30,876 nucleotides of DNA, taken from NCBI GenBank assembly GCA_964388035.1, contig CAYLZE010000060.1, positions 1 through 30,876 on the forward strand, read 5' to 3'. Below the pieces are notes generated by a model. The model searched no databases, was not told where the DNA came from, and saw only the letters and a program-made list of their open reading frames with translations. The DNA is from an uncultured archaeon. GTDB lineage: Archaea > Asgardarchaeota > Lokiarchaeia > Sigyniarchaeales > SOKP01. The translations under genes and the position numbers were made by a program. Below, one piece after another: positions 19,817 through 29,382 of the stretch; within the stretch, counting starts at the first letter, position 1, and each line of letters opens with the position of its first letter.

Positions 19817-20098
19817 ATGGAAGTTAATCAATTTATTGTGGAAATTGTTCTGGAGAATAAAGCTTTAGCTCGTGATCCAACTGGGGAGACGATAAGAAAG
19901 GACCTGTTGGTTAAAAAAGGATATGAAATGGTTACTAACGTAAGATCCGGACAATATCTTCGCATAACTCTTAAAGCAAGAGACCAAGAGGATGCATCAA
20001 AAATTGTAAATGAAATGGCTAATGCTTTAAGAATTTTTAATCCTGTAACTCAAGATTTGAAAATTTTAAAAATATCAAAACAAGATATCCATGATTAA
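19817..20098 (+). CDS. purS: FGAM synthase subunit PurS
   Basis: K..ARDPTGETI, VRSGQ and NPV motifs; directly upstream of purQ-purL. Confidence 0.92.
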   Translation: MEVNQFIVEIVLENKALARDPTGETIRKDLLVKKGYEMVTNVRSGQYLRITLKARDQEDASKIVNEMANALRIFNPVTQDLKILKISKQDIHD

Positions 20099-20103
20099 TA
20101 AAA

Positions 20104-20811
20104 ATGACTATTAAAATAGCGGTCATTCAATTTCCTGGTTCTAATTGTGATTTAGATACAATTCACGTTCTTCAAAATGTAATGAACGTGGAAGCCGATT
20201 TAGTCTGGCATAATAATTTTAAAGGGGCAAATTACGATGGAGTAATCATCCCGGGTGGGTTTTCATTTGGAGATTATTTAAGAGCAGGAATAATTGCTGC
20301 GCACAGCCCTGCTATGGGAGAGGCCAGAATGATGTTGAAAGAAGGAAAACCCGTTCTAGGAATATGTAATGGATTTCAGATTTTAATCGAAGCAGAATTC
20401 CTCCCCGGAGCATTATTACAAAATGAACATCTAAAGTTTATATGCAAGTGGATAAATGTTAAGGTGGAAAATGTTAACACCGCATTCACAAACAAAATGA
20501 AAGCCGGTGAAGTCTTGGATTTACCCATTGCACACGGGGAAGGAAGGTACTTTACTGATCAATTAAAAGAACTACAAGATAATCATCAAATTATTTTAAA
20601 ATACGTGAATAAGGAAGGCGAAATGACTGAAAAAGCAAATCCAAATGGTTCTCTAGAAAATATTGCGGGAATATGTAATTTGGAACGGAATTGCATGGGT
20701 CTCATGCCCCATCCAGAACGTTCAAGCGAGAAAATTCTAAGTCCTTATTCCACGACTCATGGGCGTCTGTTTTTTGAATCAATGATTGAATTCATAAGGA
20801 GGAATTGTTGA
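20104..20811 (+). CDS. purQ: FGAM synthase glutaminase subunit PurQ
   Basis: [43 protein letters not shown]. Confidence 0.97.
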   Translation: MTIKIAVIQFPGSNCDLDTIHVLQNVMNVEADLVWHNNFKGANYDGVIIPGGFSFGDYLRAGIIAAHSPAMGEARMMLKEGKPVLGICNGFQILIEAEFLPGALLQNEHLKFICKWINVKVENVNTAFTNKMKAGEVLDLPIAHGEGRYFTDQLKELQDNHQIILKYVNKEGEMTEKANPNGSLENIAGICNLERNCMGLMPHPERSSEKILSPYSTTHGRLFFESMIEFIRRNC

Positions 20812-23057
20812 AAGTGCCAAGGGTAGAAGTTGATGGAAAAAAAGTAGACGTGGACCTGTATCAGAAGGAGATAGAACAAATTAATACTTCTCTGGGGCGG
20901 GCTCCCAATATGACGGAATTAGGAATGTTTGATGTAATGTGGAGCGAGCATTGTTCTTATAAATCTTCTCGACCGCGGTTGAGATTATTCGAGGATGCGG
21001 AAAAGAATTATAAACATGTTTTGGCTGGGCCAGGTCAAGATGCTGGAGTCATTGATATTGGAGATGGATATTGTATTGCATTTCGTATTGAATCCCATAA
21101 CCATCCTTCCGCAATAGAACCTTATCATGGCGCTGCTACGGGAATCGGAGGAATTATTCGGGATATATTGTGCATGGGGGTGCGTCCCATTGCCTTGCTG
21201 GATCCCCTACGTTTTGGAAAGTTAAAAAATAATCCTCATTCTCAATGGTTATTTAAGTACGTGGTAAAGGGAATCGCGGATTATGGCAATTGTACGGGTA
21301 TTCCGACCATAGGAGGAGAAGTGGAATTTGATGAAAGTTTTGAGAATAATTGTTTGGTAAACGTGGCATGTGTAGGGCTTGGAACGATTGAGGATTTTAA
21401 CCACGCGCCGAGTAAAGCATATAATCCCGGAGATTATGTAGTACTCATGGGCGGATCTACCGGAAGGGATGGAATCCATGGAGTAACCTTTGCCTCAAGG
21501 ACTTTGACTGATATGTCAGAAGCAGATAGACCGGCAGTTCAAATCGGAGATCCCTTTACTAAAAAGATCATTATTGAAGCCACCTTAGAAGCTGTCAAGA
21601 CGGGCTACGTGCGGGGTTTAAAGGATTTAGGCGGAGGTGGTCTCTCATGTGCATTGAGCGAATTGACGGGAAATGGCGGGACTGGAGCTGTTATTGATTT
21701 GGGAAATATATATACTAGGGAACCTGGTATGAATTCCTTTGAAATAATGCTTTCAGAATCTCAAGAACGAATGGCTTTTATTATAAAACCCGACGGATTG
21801 AACGACATTTTGAACATTTTTCAAAAATATGAGGTTGCACATGCGGTGATTGGAAGAATTGATGATAGTAAAGTGTTAAAAATTTTTGATGGAGAAAGAC
21901 TTATAGTAAGCATTCCCGCGGTTGCGCTTTCTGATGCGCCCGTGATTGAAAGAGAAGAAAAAAGACCTGAATTTCTTGATGAATTGCTAAATCAAGCGAC
22001 CCCTCCATTAACTACACCAATTTCAGAAATTGTTCATGAATTAATCGCTTCGGAGAATATTTGCAGTAAAAAATGGGTTTATAGACAGTATGACCACGAG
22101 GTCGGGATCCGTTCGGTTGTTAAATGTGGAGATGGTGATTCCGGAGTATTACGGATAATTGGGACGGATAAATTTATTGCAGTAAGTGTGGGTACTAATT
22201 CAAAGCATTGCTATTTAGATCCCTATGAAGGAGCAAAAGAAAGCGTGGTAGAGAGTTGTGCTAATGTAATTGCCAATGGAGCTCGTCCTTTAGGAATGGT
22301 AAATTGCTGTAATTTTGGCAATCCCGAGATCCCCGAGTCCTATTGGTATTTTTCTCAAGCTGTTAAAGGGATGGCTGATGCGTGTAAATATTTAAGAATT
22401 CCGGTAGTAGGAGGGAACGTTTCCTTATATAATGAAGATGAAGTTACTCATACAGCAATTAAACCTGCTCCGGTGGTCATGATTGTGGGCCTTCTGGAAG
22501 GTGAAAAAAATATCATTACTTTACCTTTTAAAACTCCTGGAAATGATATTTTTCTCATCGGAGAAACTAAAGCCGAATTAGGAGGATCGGTATATCATAC
22601 TGTAATTCATGGAATTACAGGAGGTACACCTCCAAAAATTAAGGAAGAAACTATTAAAAAAAGTTGGGATTATATTTTCGAATTATATATGAAGAGTTTG
22701 GTCCTTGCAAATCATGACGTGAGCAAGGGCGGGCTTCCAATTGCTATAGCCGAGATGTGCTTCAAAAATAAATTAGGTGCTGAGATAACCTTTAATAATG
22801 GAATTTCCGCTTTAAGAGATGATGAATTCCTTTTTAGTGAATCAGCGGGACGCTTCATTATTGAGACTAAACCAGAACATGGGCAAGAAGTAGAAAAAAT
22901 TGCTAAAAAATTTAATATAAAGCTTAAGAGAATCGGTACGGTTCTTTCCGAACCGCATATCATTATAAAAGGGTTAAATGAAAAGAATATAATTTTGGAT
23001 GTATTAAAATTAAAAAACCTTCATGGTTCTACCCTTAAAAATCTCATGGAACTTTAA
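20805..23057 (+). CDS. purL: FGAM synthase subunit PurL
   Basis: WSEHCSYKSS, ESHNHPS, TGRDGIHG, LSESQERM, QYDH, NFGNPE, GGNVSLYN, HDVSKGG, FSES. TTG start overlaps the purQ stop. Confidence 0.97.
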   Translation: MLKVPRVEVDGKKVDVDLYQKEIEQINTSLGRAPNMTELGMFDVMWSEHCSYKSSRPRLRLFEDAEKNYKHVLAGPGQDAGVIDIGDGYCIAFRIESHNHPSAIEPYHGAATGIGGIIRDILCMGVRPIALLDPLRFGKLKNNPHSQWLFKYVVKGIADYGNCTGIPTIGGEVEFDESFENNCLVNVACVGLGTIEDFNHAPSKAYNPGDYVVLMGGSTGRDGIHGVTFASRTLTDMSEADRPAVQIGDPFTKKIIIEATLEAVKTGYVRGLKDLGGGGLSCALSELTGNGGTGAVIDLGNIYTREPGMNSFEIMLSESQERMAFIIKPDGLNDILNIFQKYEVAHAVIGRIDDSKVLKIFDGERLIVSIPAVALSDAPVIEREEKRPEFLDELLNQATPPLTTPISEIVHELIASENICSKKWVYRQYDHEVGIRSVVKCGDGDSGVLRIIGTDKFIAVSVGTNSKHCYLDPYEGAKESVVESCANVIANGARPLGMVNCCNFGNPEIPESYWYFSQAVKGMADACKYLRIPVVGGNVSLYNEDEVTHTAIKPAPVVMIVGLLEGEKNIITLPFKTPGNDIFLIGETKAELGGSVYHTVIHGITGGTPPKIKEETIKKSWDYIFELYMKSLVLANHDVSKGGLPIAIAEMCFKNKLGAEITFNNGISALRDDEFLFSESAGRFIIETKPEHGQEVEKIAKKFNIKLKRIGTVLSEPHIIIKGLNEKNIILDVLKLKNLHGSTLKNLMEL

Positions 23058-23081
23058 AGTACATGAATTAATCAATCCAAA

Positions 23082-23088
23082 AAGGAGA
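23082..23088 (+). promoter_or_regulatory. Shine-Dalgarno-like site for the purF-like gene
   Basis: AAGGAGA about 6 nt upstream of ATG 23095. Confidence 0.5.
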
Positions 23089-23094
23089 GTTTAA

Positions 23095-24531
23095 ATGGAA
23101 AAAAGAGAATCGTGTGGAATATTTGGCATCTCTTGTAATGATTTTAGCTATTCCGTGGCAGGCATGATATATAGCGGATTAATGGCCTTGCAACATCGAG
23201 GGCAATTATTTACGGGCATTTCAACCTATAGTAATTGCAAGCTCTTTACATATAAAAATCGAGGAATAGTTGCTAAAGTCCTGAATCCTAATAAATTAAA
23301 AACCTTCAGTGGTAATATCGGGATTGGCCACGTGAATTATGGTACCCGAAGAATCATTTCCGTGGAGGAAGCACAACCTTTTCATTTTAAATCCATGGAA
23401 AATGAATTTACACTGGCATTTAATGGAAGAATAACGAATTCTGATGTTATAAGTGATAAGCTAAAAAATATGGGGCGAATTTTCATGGGGAATAGCGATG
23501 CAGAACTGTTTGCCACCCTGATAGATACTTTCTCTAAATTGTCCGAGAATAATAGCATGATTGAGGCATTCAAAATGATAACAGAGTTCGTGGAAGGTGC
23601 ATATTCATTAATTCTATTAAATAAGGATGGAAATATTCATGTGTTAAGGGACCCTTATGGCTATAAACCATTATGTTATGGTAAACTCGAAGCTGATGGA
23701 AGAATATTCTACATTGTAGCATCTGAATCTTGTGCTTTGGATGTACTTGGTGCAACATTACAAGCGGATGTCATGGCGGGAGAAATGGTAAAAATTAATC
23801 CCATAGATGGAATTGAAAAAACTAAAATAAAAGAATCACGAAGTTTGGGCCCTTGTTTATTTGAATACATTTATTTTGCACGCCCCGACTCCATCTTGGA
23901 TGGTATTTCCGTAGCTAATGTTCGATATCGTCTAGGTAGATGCCTTGCACGGCAAGATAATTTCGATGCATTGGATACAATTGTGGTCCCAGTACCCGAT
24001 TCAGGAAGAAGTGCGGCGATGGGTTATGCTTGGGAATCTCAAGTTCCTTATCAAGAAGGTTTGATCAAAAATCGTTATGTTTGGCAATTAAAAGTTAACG
24101 ATTTAAAAGAAAAACTTAATGTCATAAAAAGCGTGGTAAAGGATAAAAATGTTATCCTTATTGATGATTCCCTCTTGAGCGGAAAAACAATTAAAGAGAT
24201 AATTGCGATGTTAAGAACTGCTCAAGTAAAAGCTGTTCATGTCAGGGTTAGTGCTCCTCCCATTATAAATAACTGTGATAAAAATGATTCCTTTTCTAAC
24301 CGAGACCTCTTAATTGCCTATCAAATGAAACAAAAAGATGAGAAGAACTATGTAGAAGAAATTCGAAAATACATTGGAGCGGATTCTCTCAAATTTCAAA
24401 CCATGGAAGGATTAATTAAATCAATCGGTATAAACAAATCAACGGTTTGTCGAGCTTGTTTTGAAAATAACGTGAAAAATGATGGGAACAAAGAAGAAAC
24501 AAAAGCTAGCATCATGTATCCCCAACTTTGA
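23095..24531 (+). CDS. purF: Amidophosphoribosyltransferase homolog (divergent PurF)
   Basis: ESCGIFG, LQHRGQ, RDPYGYKPL, ASESCAL, CLFEYIYFARPDS, PVPDSG, IDDS, GADSL, CRAC. Several active-site motifs are altered (see findings). Confidence 0.88.
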   Translation: MEKRESCGIFGISCNDFSYSVAGMIYSGLMALQHRGQLFTGISTYSNCKLFTYKNRGIVAKVLNPNKLKTFSGNIGIGHVNYGTRRIISVEEAQPFHFKSMENEFTLAFNGRITNSDVISDKLKNMGRIFMGNSDAELFATLIDTFSKLSENNSMIEAFKMITEFVEGAYSLILLNKDGNIHVLRDPYGYKPLCYGKLEADGRIFYIVASESCALDVLGATLQADVMAGEMVKINPIDGIEKTKIKESRSLGPCLFEYIYFARPDSILDGISVANVRYRLGRCLARQDNFDALDTIVVPVPDSGRSAAMGYAWESQVPYQEGLIKNRYVWQLKVNDLKEKLNVIKSVVKDKNVILIDDSLLSGKTIKEIIAMLRTAQVKAVHVRVSAPPIINNCDKNDSFSNRDLLIAYQMKQKDEKNYVEEIRKYIGADSLKFQTMEGLIKSIGINKSTVCRACFENNVKNDGNKEETKASIMYPQL

Positions 24532-24816
24532 TCCCTCCTCCATTTTTTAAAGAATTACATGAAATATCGATATATTAGAAGCGTTCTACCTATCTTTGGT
24601 CATGAGAATATGCCCCAAATACGAAGGAGCTGATAATTTAAAAAGCAAATTTATTTATTTTTGCATCTCTTATTAATAAATTAGAATTATTTAATTTAAT
24701 CAAGTAATCGATTGAAATATATATTAGGTCATCTTCATAATAAAATGAAGTAAAATTGGGAACTATTAAAAATTTTATTAAGTTAAATTATTTTTAGAAG
24801 AGGATATGAATAAAAA

Positions 24817-25008
24817 ATGAGAGCCCGAGCATGTTTGAAATGCCATGAGTTCGTGTTAGTTCGGCCAAACGATCCCAAGAATCAACTTCTCATAAAAGAG
24901 TTCGAATCTCACCATATGATGCATACTTTGATTACTTTAGATTATGCAGAGATAAAAGACACCTATAAAATGTATGGTGCGGAAACCCAAGAAGAACAAA
25001 CTTCTTGA
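24817..25008 (+). CDS. Small putative Zn-binding protein (CxxC...HxxH)
   Basis: 63 aa with CLKC and HHMMH; purine-rich GAGGA upstream; sits alone in an otherwise very AT-rich gap. Confidence 0.75.
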   Translation: MRARACLKCHEFVLVRPNDPKNQLLIKEFESHHMMHTLITLDYAEIKDTYKMYGAETQEEQTS

Positions 25009-25130
25009 TTTGAAGCAATAAAAAGCTATTTTTATGAGTTCATTGTTTATTATAAATTCGCCCTTGATTTTTCTTTTCATTCTTATTAATTCATGATTGA
25101 ATTAAAAACGGAGTTCTAGAAATCTATTTA

Positions 25131-26276
25131 ATGATCATTGCACTCTCTTTGATCATGGTTTCAAAAAAGATAATAAAATTAGCAACTTTATTAAGACAAA
25201 ATATCTTTGCCTTTTTTATCGTAATATTATGGTTTTTAATTAATTATCTCGGCTTTTTAGCAATTCTCGCAGATCCTTTTGAGGCATTAACAGTTTTATT
25301 TTTTTTTACGCATCTCGAAACCCCCTATGGAAATTTTTACATGACATATTCAGATTTTGTAATATTTGGTATCCTGTTTTCTCTTATCACCATTGAGTTA
25401 TTCAGAAAATATAATCCAGAAGATACTTGTAGAAAATATGCCCGGAAATTTTCCGATCATGCGATTATTATTGGATATAATCATCTCGGAAAAAGAATTG
25501 CTAAATATTTAGAGGAGCTTGATAAAAAATGTGTTATTATTGAAATAGATCAAAATAAAATACAAGACTTAATAGATAAAGAAGATGCTGTTATCCATGA
25601 TGATGCTCTCTTAAAAACTACCTTAATTGATGCCGGAATTGAACAAGCAAAGGCTGTTTATGTCTTAAGTGATAATTTAGAACTTCAAATGGTCGTTAAC
25701 CATCACGTAAGAAGAATGAATGAGACTTGTAAATTAATATTGAGGATTTATGAAGATGATATAGCAGAAATCTTTGAACCACTTTACAACGCTGGTACCA
25801 TTTCAACTTCAAAAAATGCCGCCAAGTACCTGCTAAATGAAATCAAGGAAAAAAATTTTGAAAGAATCCTAATCACGGGGGTAAATCACATAACAGCGCG
25901 CATCATAAATCATATCACGGAATTTTTGCATTCCGTTCAATTAATAATTATAGAAGAGAATGAAGATAAAGTGAAGAATCTATTAATAAATAAAAGTCTC
26001 CAAGTAATTGACTCAGATCTCGGAGAATTAGATCCCTTCAAACAAATTGAGCTTAAAAAAGTCGATTGTGTCATCAACATGAACTCCGACATCTCCATTT
26101 GCCTCCGCTTAACGAAAAAAATCAGAGATTTTAATCCCCATTGTAAAATCTTCAATAGATTTTTTTTAGATAACGTCGCTTCGGTATTAGAGGACCCACC
26201 CTTCAATTCAGAAATAATTAGTTCATCAAAATTTACTATAGAATACATGAAGAACAACGCCATGCTCTCATTTTAA
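25131..26276 (+). CDS. 2-TM membrane protein with tandem RCK/TrkA-N domains (K+-channel-like, lacking the GYG filter)
   Basis: Two TM helices, then DHAIIIGYNHLG Rossmann RCK motif and LIDAGIEQAKAV; second RCK at ILITGVNHIT. Start may be 25155. Confidence 0.85.
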   Translation: MIIALSLIMVSKKIIKLATLLRQNIFAFFIVILWFLINYLGFLAILADPFEALTVLFFFTHLETPYGNFYMTYSDFVIFGILFSLITIELFRKYNPEDTCRKYARKFSDHAIIIGYNHLGKRIAKYLEELDKKCVIIEIDQNKIQDLIDKEDAVIHDDALLKTTLIDAGIEQAKAVYVLSDNLELQMVVNHHVRRMNETCKLILRIYEDDIAEIFEPLYNAGTISTSKNAAKYLLNEIKEKNFERILITGVNHITARIINHITEFLHSVQLIIIEENEDKVKNLLINKSLQVIDSDLGELDPFKQIELKKVDCVINMNSDISICLRLTKKIRDFNPHCKIFNRFFLDNVASVLEDPPFNSEIISSSKFTIEYMKNNAMLSF

Positions 26277-26424
26277 TTCCCACCTCCTTTTCTTTTGATT
26301 TTTAAAGTTTAAAGAAAATTAAGATTCTTATATTTGATTTTTTCGGGGAAATTAAAAAATTTAATAATAAAAGGGCATATTTATCTTATTTAATGGGTTA
26401 TTTTAGATTTGTTGGAGAGAAACG

Positions 26425-26598
26425 ATGAAAAATTATAACTTCCTTTTATATTTTGCAATTCTACTATATTTATTCGTGCTTTTCTATTCCTTTTTCGTCA
26501 CACTTGCATTGAATATTATTATTTCCTTAATCCCCCTAGCGATATTCATGATGCTCTATTTTATCCGTAAAAAGAATAAGGAGGCGGAAGGATCATGA
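26425..26598 (+). CDS. Small hydrophobic membrane protein (57 aa), not in the ORF track
   Basis: Manual translation: MKNYNFLLYFAILLYLFVLFYSFFVTLALNIIISLIPLAIFMMLYFIRKKNKEAEGS*. GGAGAG SD upstream; stop overlaps the next start (ATGA 26595-26598). Confidence 0.7.
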   Translation: MKNYNFLLYFAILLYLFVLFYSFFVTLALNIIISLIPLAIFMMLYFIRKKNKEAEGS

Positions 26599-27434
26599 AT
26601 ACCGGATTTCAAATTTTCATTATTTCTGTTTTAATCGCATTTATTTTACTTATCATTCACTCTTTAAAGAAAAATGGGTGGAAAGAAACCGTGATTTTTT
26701 TTGGTTTCGGTTTTATCTTTGGGTTAATCCGAGAACTGATATATCGTACTTTTTTTGTAAATTATGCTTTTAATGAAATGCCCTTGCAACTCTTCGGAAC
26801 GCCCCTTACCATAATATTCGGTTGGATCTTCACATTTTATTTAGGATATGCTTTATGCGTGAACTTTATAGATGTTAACACTTCTCATGCTCATGTACAA
26901 TTAATAATCTTTTGTGCGATTTTTTCTTCTACTATTTGTTTCTCAATTGAGACTACAGCAATGTATATGGGGTGGTGGAAGGTATTTTTTGAAACTTCCA
27001 GCTATGCTGCCTCTGATCTCCTGGCAGGCTGGTTTTATACCACTCTTTTATTTTTTAGTTTATATTTCATTATTATTAAGAAATTAAGAGGGATAAAAAA
27101 CTACCTCTTACCCATATTACTCATCGTATTAATTGCTTATATTGAAATTGTAGAGATATTGCCTTTTACATTAGAGACTATTCCATTGATTATTCTTTAT
27201 TTTCTTATTATATTAGTGATTATTCTTTTATACCCTTACTTAGCAATCCTGATCATTACCTTAGCATTACTTTTCTTCATAGAACCATCAAGAGCTTTAA
27301 CTACTAATGATTTAAGAATTCTAATCTTCTTTATCGTTGAATATAGTTATTTTGTCTTAATACTTAGATACCCAAAAATATTTACCATGCAACTCATAAA
27401 ATTTAAAAAAATAAAAACTCCAATAGAGCAGTGA
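26595..27434 (+). CDS. Polytopic membrane protein, CruF/carotenoid-biosynthesis (DUF422)-like
   Basis: E...Y.F...FGTPLTIIFGW...Y, ETTA..MGWW and LAGWF follow the recalled order of CruF-family motifs; 8 or more TM segments. Confidence 0.6.
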   Translation: MNTGFQIFIISVLIAFILLIIHSLKKNGWKETVIFFGFGFIFGLIRELIYRTFFVNYAFNEMPLQLFGTPLTIIFGWIFTFYLGYALCVNFIDVNTSHAHVQLIIFCAIFSSTICFSIETTAMYMGWWKVFFETSSYAASDLLAGWFYTTLLFFSLYFIIIKKLRGIKNYLLPILLIVLIAYIEIVEILPFTLETIPLIILYFLIILVIILLYPYLAILIITLALLFFIEPSRALTTNDLRILIFFIVEYSYFVLILRYPKIFTMQLIKFKKIKTPIEQ

Positions 27435-27693
27435 ACTAATTTCTACGTAAAAATGTAGCCAAAAAGAAGCGAAAAATTTACATGAGATTTGAAATTGGAC
27501 CAAGTAAATGCTCTTAAATGCTAAAAGAAAGGGAAGTATTTACCTATTGAATTATTAATTTTCCAATTTATTGTAATATTCTTATTTTCTTCTGGATCTT
27601 GCATTCAATAATGTTTTTAAGTACGTTATAATGAAACAAACTTTAATAATTCCACGACGTTTTATTAGAGAGAAATCCTTTTAAATAATTGAT

Positions 27694-27990
27694 ATGCGGT
27701 TTTCAGATATGTTCAGTCTAGAAAAAACAAACAATGACGAGACCTTGGATAAGGCGGTTCAAAATTACATCAACATAGCCGAATGCTTGAAAGGTATAAG
27801 CGATATTGTACATATTAGTCTTTCCAAGGATGATTTTTATACGGAGTTAACGATGGATAATTTAGTAATTTTGCATAATAATATTCTGGACTTAATTGAA
27901 AACGATGAAGGAGTAAAACAATTAAAAAGGAAAATTCTAAATAAAGAAATTAAGGTGGATAGAACCCTTAATTTCTTTTTTGATGAATAA
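27694..27990 (+). CDS. Hypothetical helical protein
   Basis: 98-aa ORF with amphipathic helical pattern filling the gap; start may be 27709. Confidence 0.7.
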   Translation: MRFSDMFSLEKTNNDETLDKAVQNYINIAECLKGISDIVHISLSKDDFYTELTMDNLVILHNNILDLIENDEGVKQLKRKILNKEIKVDRTLNFFFDE

Positions 27991-28009
27991 AAAAAAGAGA
28001 ATGAGATGG

Positions 28010-28039
28010 TTAGGGAATATATTAGGGGATATTCCCTAA
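28010..28039. terminator. Perfect 11-bp inverted repeat between convergent genes
   Basis: TTAGGGAATAT-attagggg-ATATTCCCTAA, followed by a pyrimidine-rich tract. Confidence 0.5.
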
Positions 28040-28077
28040 TTTTCCTTATATTTGCTCCTTTTTATCGAATGCACGCT

Positions 28078-29178
28078 TCATGTAAGGTCGACAATTCTAT
28101 TCTCATATGAAGAATCATATGCAGCTTCAATAATTTGATGAGCTTTAAGTCCAATTTCTAATCCGGGATAAGGATCATTCTCAGTTAAAAGAGATTCTAA
28201 AAAGCTTATATCTTCAAAAAAGAAAGGACCAATCCCAAAAGACTTTAGGTCAAATCTTCTATGATTAACATATTCAGAGGAAATATCATTAAAATTCAAC
28301 CTTTTTTTCTTTCTATTTATCAGGGTCGAAAATTCCTTAAATCCTGCATTGTAACCATCTACTAATATATAGCCATTTTCAAAATAAATTTCCATCCTTC
28401 TTTCATCTATTTTAGCCATGGTCCATATACTGGTTAGATCTCCCGTGAAACCATCGCTATATTTAAAGTTCAAGAGAGCAACATCTTCCAGACTTTTTTG
28501 AGTGAGGGGGGAGATATATCTAATATTTGCATGAACATGAGCGAGATTCCGTTCATCTGCAAATAGATACTCCAGCATATCCACATCATGGATACTGTGC
28601 TCGAATAAACATCCCGCGTGAGCAAGGCTGGGATCTTTTCTCCAGAGAGAGGGATGAGCTTTTGATCCTACAGGCCATTCTTGAGAATCTCTAAATATAA
28701 AGGATAACGGCTTTCCTAAAGCTTCTTTATTTTCAAAAATTTCCTTTTTTATCTTCCAGAAAACAGGATCATGTCTTAAAACCAACCCTACTTGAGTAAA
28801 GATTCCGTGCTTATCTCTAATTTTTATCATCTCATTTACTTCTCGGGATGAAAATGCAATAGGTTTTTCACAAAAAATATGCTTTCCCGCTTCGGCTGCT
28901 TTAATATAATATTCTAGATGAAATTTGGTGGGGGTGGTAATATATATTATATCAATGTTCTTATCCCGAAGTAAATCATCTGGATCCGTGGTGAACAACT
29001 TGACATTGTACGGATTATTTTTTTTTAAATTATTTAACTTTGTTTCATCCAGATCGGCGATCCCTTTAATTTTAATTGGTTTATTATGTTTCGATAATAC
29101 CCCATCTTCGATTATCTTTTTTAAACAGCTCAGGTGCACGGTTCCAATGGAGCCCGCTCCAATTAATCCGATTTCCAA
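28078..29178 (-). CDS. Gfo/Idh/MocA family oxidoreductase
   Basis: IGLIGAGSIG, IDIIYITTP, AGKHIFCEKP, GCLFEHSIHDVD. Confidence 0.93.
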   Translation of the reverse strand: MEIGLIGAGSIGTVHLSCLKKIIEDGVLSKHNKPIKIKGIADLDETKLNNLKKNNPYNVKLFTTDPDDLLRDKNIDIIYITTPTKFHLEYYIKAAEAGKHIFCEKPIAFSSREVNEMIKIRDKHGIFTQVGLVLRHDPVFWKIKKEIFENKEALGKPLSFIFRDSQEWPVGSKAHPSLWRKDPSLAHAGCLFEHSIHDVDMLEYLFADERNLAHVHANIRYISPLTQKSLEDVALLNFKYSDGFTGDLTSIWTMAKIDERRMEIYFENGYILVDGYNAGFKEFSTLINRKKKRLNFNDISSEYVNHRRFDLKSFGIGPFFFEDISFLESLLTENDPYPGLEIGLKAHQIIEAAYDSSYENRIVDLT

Positions 29179-29382
29179 ATTTAATAGCTCAACTCTTTTA
29201 ACTATTATTAAATATATTTATTTTTGATACCCTATTAAATTAAAGCTTTCATAATATTAATGAATTTATTTCTCAAGGGATATTGGCTCACTTAGAAGAA
29301 AATAAGGTTTAATTTGAATGTAGACCAAAATACCATATTAGATATTAGAAAGTTTAAAAAATAAAACTCGAATGTGAAATGC

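Noticed and set aside
24559-24633. 24-codon ORF MKYRYIRSVLPIFGHENMPQIRRS after purF
   Set aside because: Too short, no SD, no supporting features.
26237-26289. Minus-strand AAGGAGGTG SD followed by a micro-ORF MRAWRCSSCIL
   Set aside because: Only 11 codons and antisense to the RCK gene's 3' end; probably the complement of a pyrimidine-rich terminator region.
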